Positions 1 to 9,031 of a DNA stretch of 64,000 nt are shown one piece after another. The position numbers and the translations under genes are program-made. The notes beneath the pieces were generated by a model. It worked only from the letters and a program-made list of their open reading frames with translations. It made no database searches and had not been told where the DNA came from. The number at the start of each line of letters is the position of its first letter. The stretch's first letter is position 1. Source of the stretch: Paramoeba atlantica (taxonomy: Eukaryota; Protista; Discosea); NCBI GenBank assembly GCA_977017575.1, contig CDRNVI010000012.1, positions 868,001-932,000 of the forward strand. The letters run 5' to 3'.

Positions 1-700
1 GCATGTACACCTTCGCCGACCGCGCCCACACCGACTGGGTCAACGCCGTGCGGTTCAGCCCCCGCGCGGAGAGCCCCTTCATCGTGAGCGCCGGGGCGGA
101 CCACCTGGTGAAGCTGTGGTCCGTGAACCCCTTCCGCCACGCCATGGACTTCGAGGGCCACGACGGGTACGTCAGCACCGTCGCGGTCTCCCCGGACGGG
201 TCGCTGTGCGCGAGTGGGGGGAAGGACGGGGTCACGATGCTGTGGGACCTCAGCACGGGGTCGCACCTGTACCAGCTCGAGGCCGGGGAGGTGATCCACG
301 CCCTCACGTTCTCCCCGAACCGGTACTGGCTGTGTGCCGCCACGGAGAGCTGTATTCGGATTTGGGATTTGGAGTCGAAGAAGGCCGTCGCGGAGCTTGC
401 CCCGCCCTGCCCCACGATGAGTCGTAAGGCACTGAAGCCGGAGTGTATCTCGTTGACGTGGTCCGCGGATGGCAACACGCTGTACACGGGACACACCGAC
501 AACACCATCCATGTCTTTGGGGTACGTGAGTGAGAAGAAAGTAAATGTTGAGGTAAAGTCGAAGGGAGAAGTTTTAGGTGATAAAGTAAGCGAAGGAAGT
601 GGAAATAAAGGATGTTTGTCAGAAATCGTCGTTTGCGGAGTTTGAAATGGTATTGTTTCGTGTTGTAGTGGAAACTATCGTGTATGGTAAAATCTGTAAA
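1..700. other. Right part of a skew-switch island (left arm mostly outside window)
   Basis: RACK1 is GC-rich with C-ending then G-ending codons, followed by a G-rich/C-poor non-coding tail at 530-700. Confidence 0.6.
3..533 (+). CDS. RACK1: RACK1 (receptor for activated C kinase, WD40), 5' end outside window
   Basis: RACK1-type blades: HTDWVNAVRFSP, GHDGYVSTVAVSPDGSLCASGGKDG, FSPNRYWLCAAT, C-terminal CISLTWSADG.TLYTGHTDN. Confidence 0.95.
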   Translation: MYTFADRAHTDWVNAVRFSPRAESPFIVSAGADHLVKLWSVNPFRHAMDFEGHDGYVSTVAVSPDGSLCASGGKDGVTMLWDLSTGSHLYQLEAGEVIHALTFSPNRYWLCAATESCIRIWDLESKKAVAELAPPCPTMSRKALKPECISLTWSADGNTLYTGHTDNTIHVFGVRE

Positions 701-719
701 CTTCTTTTTGTTTGTAAGC

Positions 720-810
720 GACGCAGCGATTAATCCCTGCAGTGTCCCAGTTACTGATTCATACCCAGTACTTCATGGACCTGCAGTTTCATAGCTTGCG
801 GAGATTTATT
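720..810. repeat. 91-bp direct repeat, copy 1
   Basis: gacgcagcgattaatccctgcag...gcttgcggagatttatt is identical to 1614-1704. Confidence 0.95.
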
Positions 811-1049
811 GATCAGCGGTTTATACATGTGTCTACTTTTCACGCTTCAAGAAGATTACATGGAGAAGTATACCATGACTAGTACTTTCGTTTGAACCCA
901 CCCATGTTGCGAGAAAGCAAGTGTGTGATGCTCGGCACTTGGGACCGCAGAGAGGATTTGATCTCACGAACGACTCTCCGGAGCGAGTGGACCTATCCCT
1001 TTCTATGATAATACGCATTTGTTTTTAAACCCAAAATCCCCGCCCAGTT

Positions 1050-1470
1050 CGCGAGCGCTATTGAAGGCATTTTCGAGGTCCGCCGCTGCTGTGACATCCT
1101 GTGGTCTGTCGCTGAAATGGTCGTGCACCTCATGGACGATGTGCTCAGACTGGGTGCTTCGGACCCCAAAATTATAGGCCTTGTAAAAAGGTGGGCAGGT
1201 GTTCATGCACCCTTTCGAGGGTGAGAAGACCTGCCACCTTCAAAAGCAGGCCTTCATGGCGATGGGGCGATATGTGAAATGATGTCCCGAGTGATTCGCT
1301 CAGTTTGGAGAACATCTGCAGTAAATAGTTCACTCAGAGAGGGTAGGGTCAAAATCGTCAGGATGCCATGAATAATTCGAGTAATGCAGTCCCGGTGGCC
1401 GTCCTCCATAAGGATTGAAACCAGCAGCTCTTTGGTGCTAAGCCAGACTTGGCCAGCTGCTTGATCCCCA
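1050..1470 (-). pseudogene. Decayed non-LTR retrotransposon reverse transcriptase fragment (CRE/SLACS-like)
   Basis: Frameshifted minus-strand translation gives AAGQVW..KELL, YRPIAM, LKVAG, NFGV..SEHIVH and ADLENAFNS in the order expected for CRE-clade RT domains 0-3 (RPIA, QFGV, E.IVH, D..NAFNS). Confidence 0.7.
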
Positions 1471-1526
1471 CTCAGTATTCCCTTGCCGTAATACGTAAGC
1501 TAGTAGTATAAACTACTGCACTCCCT

Positions 1527-1567
1527 AGCTATCTGTCACCAATTTTCGGAAAAGGTGACAGATAACT
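1527..1567. repeat. Inverted repeat / hairpin
   Basis: agctatctgtcacc ... ggtgacagataact (14 bp, 1 mismatch) enclosing a ttttc/gaaaa inner stem. Confidence 0.8.
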
Positions 1568-1613
1568 GAGTTTTTACCAATTCGTACTTCCTCTGCACTT
1601 CCAAAGTTGAAAT

Positions 1614-1704
1614 GACGCAGCGATTAATCCCTGCAGTGTCCCAGTTACTGATTCATACCCAGTACTTCATGGACCTGCAGTTTCATAGCTTGCGGAGATT
1701 TATT
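1614..1704. repeat. 91-bp direct repeat, copy 2
   Basis: Identical to 720-810. Confidence 0.95.
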
Positions 1705-1848
1705 AATCACACCCATAGGGTTTGTATCTACTGTAATTTGTATCTACTTTAATAATACATATCCTTTGTGTTATCCAAAACTCAACGAGGCATGACGTTC
1801 CTTACACTTTTCATTTGAACTCACCAATGCCACAAGAAGGCAAGTCCT

Positions 1849-2949
1849 ATGACTGCATGCGTGATGCTCCAAACATTAGACAACAGCGAGGACAGTGACT
1901 TCACGAGCGACTCACTCGAGCGGGTCGACGCTGTGCTGTACAGCACTACCGACACCTCCGAGCTCTTCGCGCAGGCCCGTTCACGGCCGTTCGAATGGGA
2001 AGCGACAAATGTACCGGAGGCCAATGCCCATCAACCTCTATGCTACGTGCGCTGGCTGCACGGTGGTGAGGGGTGGACCACCGATACAGTGGGACTACTG
2101 TCCGATGAGCAACGAGAACTCACGCGTCGAACCGACTTATGTTCCCATCGGGTCTCAAACAAGCGGCGTGATACGACTTCGTTTTCCCAGTGTCTGTTGA
2201 GATTTAAAAAATACTCCCCGGAGAGGGACAACGTGGAAAACCCAAAATGTGGAATTACTTCCGAATCCACCGCCGAGGAGCTTTCTCAGTATCAAGTGAC
2301 GCAGTGGGTACGTTCCAGGAAGTTACCAAGCGTGGACTCCGAGAACCGCGGTGCAATGTTTACTCCGCGACTCAACGGAGTCGATTTTTCCCCAACCGGG
2401 GAGATCTTGTTTCACTGCTCCACAGACTCCTTGTTGGACTTTCACACCTTGCCTTACCGTGACCTCCCCAAGGATGTGCGCCACACGCAAGAAAGTCAGA
2501 TTCTTTCACACATCCGAGACAGCGTCATTCAGACAGCCGTGACCCCGCGGTATCGCCTGGGACTGGAGCTTCTCCAGGGACGTTATGAGCGCTTTTGTCG
2601 TTTGCCACGTGATGTAGCGGATGCCTGCGCGGAGAGCTTAATTTCACAATATGACGCTTTTCCTACGCCAGAGTTCCTGTTGGGCTGTGCAGCCTCTGAA
2701 GGCATCGTGGAGGATTCTCCGGAACGTCTCAAGGGGGATAAACGAAGGAAAGTGAAAGCAAAAAGCGTCAAAAGAAATGGGTACAATGAACAAACAAGTT
2801 CCTATGACGCTGCATCAGCATTCGCCTTTTTGTCCCCACTTGATTTTAAGTTACCCGATGAGAGGTTAGCTCGGTACGATAAAAAGTGGAGCAATTTTTG
2901 TCGAACTCGCAGGCAACTTCCCGTAGGCAAGGACCTAATGAAGTTGTGA
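1849..2949 (+). CDS. Hypothetical protein (366 aa)
   Basis: Long ATG ORF on the cluster strand; no family recognised. Confidence 0.7.
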   Translation: MTACVMLQTLDNSEDSDFTSDSLERVDAVLYSTTDTSELFAQARSRPFEWEATNVPEANAHQPLCYVRWLHGGEGWTTDTVGLLSDEQRELTRRTDLCSHRVSNKRRDTTSFSQCLLRFKKYSPERDNVENPKCGITSESTAEELSQYQVTQWVRSRKLPSVDSENRGAMFTPRLNGVDFSPTGEILFHCSTDSLLDFHTLPYRDLPKDVRHTQESQILSHIRDSVIQTAVTPRYRLGLELLQGRYERFCRLPRDVADACAESLISQYDAFPTPEFLLGCAASEGIVEDSPERLKGDKRRKVKAKSVKRNGYNEQTSSYDAASAFAFLSPLDFKLPDERLARYDKKWSNFCRTRRQLPVGKDLMKL

Positions 2950-3289
2950 AGTGTCCATTGCACGCACAATTAATATTGTTACCCTTTGCCTGACCCTCTC
3001 ACCTACAACACCCTCTCCATCACACTGCAGCTGTACCCTGAAATGCAGTGTATCATCCGAGGTCTTAATTTTTTGGTAAAAACCTTCCTCACACACCGAA
3101 AAATGACATCGTGCGTTTCGCTCTTAAAACCCTGGAATAGATTTTAACATCTGTGGTACACACGAAAATGTTAGCTTTAACAACCGATTTCTCCAGGACT
3201 TTACCTCACACATCCCTTTTCTCAACTTCTTTTTCTCAACTTCCCCACCTAAAAACCCTCTTTTTACCCCTTTCCCCTTTCTCCCCACC

Positions 3290-3946
3290 ATGCCACCTCC
3301 CCACCACCCCCACCCCACCCTCTCCCCTTTTCTTCTCTTCCTCCTCCTCCTCCCCCTCCCCCCCCTCCCCTCCTCCGACCCCTCCGACGACCCCCCGTCC
3401 CTCTCCCTCTACCACGACCCCTACTCCAGCCCCCACACCTCCTTTGGGGCCTACACCCCCGACCCCTTGGCCTCCCCCTTCCACGACCCCCTCGACACCC
3501 ACCTACGCGAGAGCAACACCTCCTCCTCCCCCTACCCCCCCTCCTCCTCCCCCTACCCCCCATCGTACTCGTACTCGTCTTCCTCCCGTTCCTCCCCCCC
3601 TCACTTCCGTGCGGAGGACCCCACGGAGGAGCGTGACAGCGCCCACGAGTGGAACCTCGACGCGTGCTGCGCCTCCCTCCCGCGCCCCGTGCGCTGGCTG
3701 CTGTGCCCGCTCGCGCTGTTCTACTGCTGGGCGCGCTGGGACCGGGTCTGGTACAGCTGGTGGAACTACCCCGGGACGTACGGCACCCGGCCCGGGGGGG
3801 AGATCTACGACGGGCCGCGGCCCGATACGTGGGGCCCCGGGGCGGAGGTCCCGGATAGGACGGGGAGTGGGGCGGGGAGGGGAGGGGGGGAGAGGGGGGA
3901 GAAAGGGGGTGGGGGAGAGGGGGGGGAAGGGGGGGGGGGTGTATAG
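3290..3946 (+). CDS. Hypothetical low-complexity protein with Cys/Trp-rich hydrophobic segment
   Basis: Only the 3290 frame gives a protein-like core (EWNLDACCASLPRPVRWLLCPLALFYCWARWDRVWYSWWNYP); start uncertain. Confidence 0.4.
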   Translation: MPPPHHPHPTLSPFLLFLLLLPLPPLPSSDPSDDPPSLSLYHDPYSSPHTSFGAYTPDPLASPFHDPLDTHLRESNTSSSPYPPSSSPYPPSYSYSSSSRSSPPHFRAEDPTEERDSAHEWNLDACCASLPRPVRWLLCPLALFYCWARWDRVWYSWWNYPGTYGTRPGGEIYDGPRPDTWGPGAEVPDRTGSGAGRGGGERGEKGGGGEGGEGGGGV

Positions 3947-4046
3947 GGTAAGGGGAGGGCGTGGGGAGGGGGAGGGGGGGAGGTACGGTACACCGCCGTC
4001 GTTTGCGAGATGGCCGACGCCGGAGATGGGGTGATGGGGGGAGGGA

Positions 4047-4070
4047 TGTGTGTGTGTGTGTGTGTGTGTG
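4047..4070 (+). repeat. (TG)12 microsatellite
   Basis: Direct reading. Confidence 0.95.
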
Positions 4071-4285
4071 TCGAGTTTAGGGCCAAGTTAGGGTTGATTG
4101 AAAAAGGAGAGGATAGGTGAAGGGGTATTGGGAAAGAGGTTTACAGGGAACTTGTAGAAAAGGTTTGATTTCTTGGAAATTTTAAGAATTCGTTTTTTTC
4201 TTTGCTACACAGAGAAAAAGGGTATGTCGGAAAGAGGTCGAGCACTTCAGAGTTATGGACGTAAAAAAAGTAAGATGGAAAAGTA

Positions 4286-6061
4286 ATGCCGAAGCTGCAC
4301 AACATAAATGTGGGGATACTGGGTCACGTTGACAGTGGAAAGACCACGCTGGCGAAGGCTTTAAGCACTGTGAGTAGCACCGCATGCTTTGACAAACATC
4401 CCCAAAGTAAGGAGCGAGGTATAACTATCGACTTGGGATTTAGTTCTTTTTCCTTACCGCTTACGTGCTCGTCAGGCGATACAACGGACGGTGATCGCAT
4501 TCAATTTACCTTAGTAGATTGCCCAGGACACTCCAGCTTGATTCGCACGGTTGTCGGAGGTGCGAACATAATTGATTTTGCTCTCCTAATAATTGACATC
4601 ACGAAGGGATTGCAAGCTCAGAGTGCCGAGTGCATTCTTATCGCTGAAATACTCGAAATACCGCTTCTCGTGGTTTTAAACAAGACTGATTTGTTGCCGT
4701 CTGGCCCCGAAGGCGCGACGCGAATCAATCTTCTTCGGAAACGGTTGAAAAAGCAGTTCGAGTCCACGCGGTGGCCTAATGTAGAAATGGTACCAGTAGC
4801 GGCTCGTGTGAACAATGGGAACGTCTACCAGGTCGAAGAATTGAAAAAAAAGATGTATGAAATAGCGTATGCGATTCTGCTCGATAAAGGCAAGGCTTTT
4901 ACGCCTGGTGGGGAAGAAGCTTATCTTTCTAATAATTTGAGAGAGTTGGGAAATGACTTTGGTTTTTATATGTATGTGGATCACTGTTTCGCTTTGCAAG
5001 GGAAAGGGGTTATCCTCACAGGTACCGTGGTCAAGGGAAGACTTGCTGTCGGTGATACAATTGATATACCCGCCTTGGGGTACCAACGAAAAATTCGCTC
5101 GATGCAAGTTTTTCATCAGAATGTATCATTTGTGCACTCAGGAGACCGCGTTGCTATTTGTGTGTCAAACGTACCACCCGAAAAAATTGAGCGCGCCCTT
5201 GTGTGTGCACCGAACTCAACAAGCATATACTCAGCGGAGCGATTTATTGCCCGCGTTCGTCGGATACGATATTATAAAGCCGCACTTCACTCAAAACAAA
5301 TGATGTTATTATGTGTAGGGCACTCCACATGTTTGGCACGAGTACACTTCTTTTACTCTCAGGAAAAATGTTTTTCGCTGCAGAACAAGTATTGTTATCT
5401 TAGCCAACTTCCCGAAGACTCGTCAGTTAAGTTTGTCTCTTCAAAAGGTAGCGACAATGCTAGCGAGTGTACTTCTTACAGACCTCTCCGAAACGAAGAG
5501 GATCGGTATTGCTACTATGCCTTGATAGAGCTTGAGCATTCTCTAATCATGCCGCACAACGCTACAATTATAGGCATGGACCAGCAAGATGTGTTTGAAG
5601 GCGTCGGAAAGTGTCGCATTGCTTTGGAAGGAAAAGTGGTCTTTTCACTTACACAAGAGCGTCAAAAATTACTAAAAATAATGCGTTGGAAGTCATATGC
5701 GTTGACAATCGACCGTATAATCGATGAAAAGTCATGTGTCATACAAAATCCTGGACGCCGATTGATACATGCAGAGCACTCATGTACATACTTTCAACCG
5801 CCAGACTACCATCCTGATCCAAACTATCGGCTTATGGAACAATTGATATCCAAGAACATGCTAAATAACTCTCAAAAAATAACGGAGTCCTGTGATTTAC
5901 CTTTTTGTGGCACCCTGGGTGCAACTTTTGGAACCAAAGGAAAGATTAAGATCCAGTTTGCACATCCCGTCTTTGGAAAACGCGGCGCAAAGCATGAATA
6001 TCGGCACTACCAGATAATTTTACACAAGCAGGTTTGTGTTACTCCTGGGCATGCTAGCTAA
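4286..6061 (+). CDS. EEFSEC: Selenocysteine-specific elongation factor (eEFSec/SelB)
   Basis: NINVGILGHVDSGKT, FDKHPQSKERGITIDLGFSSF, TLVDCPGHSSLIRT, NKTD; DHCFALQGKG..LTGTV domain II. Confidence 0.93.
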   Translation: MPKLHNINVGILGHVDSGKTTLAKALSTVSSTACFDKHPQSKERGITIDLGFSSFSLPLTCSSGDTTDGDRIQFTLVDCPGHSSLIRTVVGGANIIDFALLIIDITKGLQAQSAECILIAEILEIPLLVVLNKTDLLPSGPEGATRINLLRKRLKKQFESTRWPNVEMVPVAARVNNGNVYQVEELKKKMYEIAYAILLDKGKAFTPGGEEAYLSNNLRELGNDFGFYMYVDHCFALQGKGVILTGTVVKGRLAVGDTIDIPALGYQRKIRSMQVFHQNVSFVHSGDRVAICVSNVPPEKIERALVCAPNSTSIYSAERFIARVRRIRYYKAALHSKQMMLLCVGHSTCLARVHFFYSQEKCFSLQNKYCYLSQLPEDSSVKFVSSKGSDNASECTSYRPLRNEEDRYCYYALIELEHSLIMPHNATIIGMDQQDVFEGVGKCRIALEGKVVFSLTQERQKLLKIMRWKSYALTIDRIIDEKSCVIQNPGRRLIHAEHSCTYFQPPDYHPDPNYRLMEQLISKNMLNNSQKITESCDLPFCGTLGATFGTKGKIKIQFAHPVFGKRGAKHEYRHYQIILHKQVCVTPGHAS

Positions 6062-6300
6062 CATTTTTCGATATAAAATTTTGACATTGCACATTATTTA
6101 AATTTGTACATGTCGAATCATTGCTTAAGCAATGTCTAAAAGTCAGAATGGATTGCATCTTTTGATTATATTTCGCAAATACCATAGTCAGGATTTTTTT
6201 GTAACGTAAACAGTATTTCGTTTGAACACATTTGTTTGAACTCTCAGATTATTTGCTTGCGATTTTAAAACGTAACGTGTAGCTTCATCTAGCACTCACA

Positions 6301-6828
6301 ATGAAAAAACTTATGTTCTGCATCATTTTTTTAGTCCGGCCGCTATTGGAATGTAGGGAACCAGTCAAGGAAACAAATTCCAAAATGTGGACTCCAGAGT
6401 ATTGTAAAAAACTTGGGTACCATTCAGCTCTCTTGAATTGTGCGACTTGTAACGTAGTGTTTGGCTCAGCAGAATTCAAAACAATATATGATGAGTGCAT
6501 GGAATGTTGCTACGATGATCGGGCGCCACTCCAAGCGTTACCCAACGTGTACACTAGGGTAAAATTTTATCTCCCTCAAAGAACATATGAATTCGTTCCC
6601 ACATACAGATCTCTCATCGACGAAAGGCTCCGTCCGAAATACAAAAATCAGATTGACATAATTTTTGAAGAGACCCCTCCGCGATTTTTACTATACAAAG
6701 AAAATGACTCTGTTGGAGACGCGTTTGATGCGTCGGAATGGTCTGTAGATACAATTTTTGATTTCTTAGCTGATCAGTTGGAGGTCTCGACCATGTTAAA
6801 CGGTGAAAATTCCAATGATGAATTGTAG
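6301..6828 (+). CDS. SELENOF/Sep15-like ER protein lacking the CxU motif
   Basis: N-terminal hydrophobic leader; CKKLGY..ALLNCATC and ECMECC Cys-rich UGGT-binding region; C-terminal EWSVDTIFDFLADQL; ends NDEL. Confidence 0.8.
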   Translation: MKKLMFCIIFLVRPLLECREPVKETNSKMWTPEYCKKLGYHSALLNCATCNVVFGSAEFKTIYDECMECCYDDRAPLQALPNVYTRVKFYLPQRTYEFVPTYRSLIDERLRPKYKNQIDIIFEETPPRFLLYKENDSVGDAFDASEWSVDTIFDFLADQLEVSTMLNGENSNDEL

Positions 6829-6960
6829 ATCAGGAAAATTCTCCCATTAGAATCTTTAAATATTGGTCCATGCTCTGGGGCTCCTTTTAGCGCATGAACT
6901 ACGAAACGTAGGATTCAAAAAGCGAAATCCGTCATCATTTCTCCTGGCCAATTCACTGGC

Positions 6961-7016
6961 CGCGCGAATCTGTTGCCAAATGTTGCAATGTTCGCGCGAA
7001 TCTGTTGCAATGTTCG
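6961..7016. repeat. Short nested direct repeats
   Basis: cgcgcgaatctgttgc x2 and tgttgcaatgttcg x2. Confidence 0.8.
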
Positions 7017-7354
7017 GTTGATACTAACGACTACCAACCACGACAAGTTATTGGGGTAACGGGGCCGACTCATGTGCAACTTGGGTCGACTCTGTTGAGA
7101 GCGCATTGAAATCATTCAAATGATTATATGTATTTGAGTGGTGAAAAAAGAAGTAAGTTAGCTTAAATCATTATATTTTTGTAATTGTTTACGCTTTTCC
7201 AGAACAAAATTACGTAGCACATTATCAGCGCGTCCAATGCATTATCGTTGTTCTAGAGTTTCTCAACCCTGCTCCAAGAAGGCCTCGTTGATACTCGTCG
7301 GGTAGAGATGCCTCTCTACCTGAAAAGTGTCCCTCTGTTACTCTCTCAAGTTTC

Positions 7355-7378
7355 AAGACTTAGAGTCTAAGTCTTAGA
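7355..7378. repeat. Overlapping palindromes
   Basis: aagacttaga-g-tctaagtctt (10-bp arms) overlapping tctaag-t-cttaga. Confidence 0.75.
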
Positions 7379-7591
7379 CAAGTACACAGAGTACAAAAAT
7401 TGATCACTTCAAATTTGCATAATTGAACACCTCATAGTTTTACCTCATAGTTTTATTCTCGATTCTGTGATCGTTTTTTTCTTCTTACGTTTCAGTTTTC
7501 TACCCCTTTTCACAACTGGGAGTTTTCTTTTGCTTTACACACAACTTTTGCTACTGTGCAATTATCACTTTACAATAACAAAGGTATTGCA

Positions 7592-8248
7592 ATGTTTGCG
7601 AAAATCTTGCGATTGTCTTTTGCGACGTCAACTAGTCCAGTTTATACATCAGACACTCAGGCCCCTACCCGCTTAGCGAAGGTAAGAGGCACATTTTTAC
7701 CACAAGAATACCATTTAGTGCGGCTTATAGAAGGCATCGAGAACCAACATTCCTCATGGAATACTGGCACACCTGCATGCAAATGGCATGGAATACAATG
7801 CAATGAAGAAGGCGCAGTAATTTCTATTTCCTGGCTCTATGGCAACCTTTGCGGAGAGCTAAGTTGGAAGTATTTACCACCCACGTTATTCACTTTATCA
7901 CTTTATGACAATAAACTGTGCGGAAATGTGCCCTTCTCCTCGTTGCCGAAAAAGTTGGATCTAATTAATCTTAGCCAAAATCGCTTTTCTGGTGAGCCAA
8001 ATCTTCGGGATTTGCCCCCTTTACTAACTTATTTGGACATTGGATATAATCACTTCGAAGGGCACGTTGATCTTGATTCACTCCCTGTATCACTCACTGA
8101 TTTATATCTTGCATCAAACCAAGGGTTGGAAGGCATCTTAGATCTGGAAGGGAGAGTTAGCCATTTTTGTTACAGTGTTCTAGAAACTCACATCACAACT
8201 AGCAACGGAAAGTTGTGTGTCTACTCTGATGATGAGGCATCAGAGTAG
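7592..8248 (+). CDS. Leucine-rich repeat protein, paralogue 1 (plant-type LRRNT cap)
   Basis: LPQEY.L.RL..IEN.H.SWNT.TPAC.W.GIQC cap followed by L.L..N.LxG repeats; likely start at internal ATG 7592 (MFAKILR). Confidence 0.88.
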   Translation: MFAKILRLSFATSTSPVYTSDTQAPTRLAKVRGTFLPQEYHLVRLIEGIENQHSSWNTGTPACKWHGIQCNEEGAVISISWLYGNLCGELSWKYLPPTLFTLSLYDNKLCGNVPFSSLPKKLDLINLSQNRFSGEPNLRDLPPLLTYLDIGYNHFEGHVDLDSLPVSLTDLYLASNQGLEGILDLEGRVSHFCYSVLETHITTSNGKLCVYSDDEASE

Positions 8249-8574
8249 GTATTTTTTACATTTGCGTGCATTTTTAGGTCCGTATACAGTATCTCAAGAA
8301 ACTGATAACACTTTCTCGCGTTGAACATTGTTTTAAGAATTTTTTTTATATAACAGAAGCCTCTACTTAATATTATGGTGTGGTAATATAGTCCGCTAGA
8401 CCATGTGGGTAGCCATTAGCTTTCCAGTCTGATTGCTTACTCTCTGAACAAATGGGAATGCTATTTGTGCTCTGTTTCTATGTGATCTGTTTTTTGTCCC
8501 TCTGTGATCAGTTTTGTCAATTTTGGTATATATTACGAAATAAAAATACTTACTTCATTCGATACATGCTTACA

Positions 8575-8850
8575 TCAATACTTTATGTAACCGTCCTTCG
8601 CCTTGATTACCGTTTGTATACGTCGCGACATGCTTTCCAGAAGACATAACAGTATGAAGAGGATGTGATCTCCCACATTTTCTTAGAACTCTACACAACC
8701 TCTCCCATATTCGCCGGTGGAGGCTCAACTTCACCTAGCTTTGCCGTTAGTTGACTCCAAAGATTCTCAATGGGATTTATATCCGGTGACTGCGGCGGCC
8801 ATTCAACCAGAACTTGAACTCCCACGCTGGCAATCTTGCTGGGGTATTTC
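8575..8850 (-). mobile_element. Tc1/mariner transposase C-terminal remnant
   Basis: Minus strand reads GVQVLVEWPPQSPDINPIENLWSQL, then after an in-frame stop and frameshift LLESMSRRIQTVIKAKDGYIKY*; classic Tc1 SPDLNPIE motif and SM.RR..AVI.AKG..TKY end. Confidence 0.9.
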
Positions 8851-9031
8851 ATATTAAATAAAAGAATCTTGACATTTCGCGAAGAATATGTAGTACTGTA
8901 GAATATTGCGGTGGTTGTAAAACTACCGCTCTACCTTCGATTATTGGGCTTGGGGGTACGTTCGTTGAGTACTCAACGAACGTACCCTGTGACAGTAAAA
9001 AATCTGCAGGACCTTAGAGGGAGGAGGAAGA

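Larger units (their letters stand above)
2990..4280. other. C-rich to G-rich skew-switch island (switch ~3770)
   Basis: C-runs 3290-3700, G-runs 3790-4045; C-rich/G-poor and G-rich/C-poor tails extend into flanking non-coding DNA. Confidence 0.9.

Noticed and set aside
720-810. 91-bp repeat as the spliced-leader RNA gene
   Set aside because: Only CAGTTTC and a G/GTATGA-like junction resemble the SL, and they lie on opposite strands; the conserved CAGTTTCTGTAC core is absent
1614-1704. 91-bp repeat as a twister, hatchet, hammerhead or HDV ribozyme
   Set aside because: Short local resemblances only; I could not assemble the required conserved cores or pseudoknots by eye
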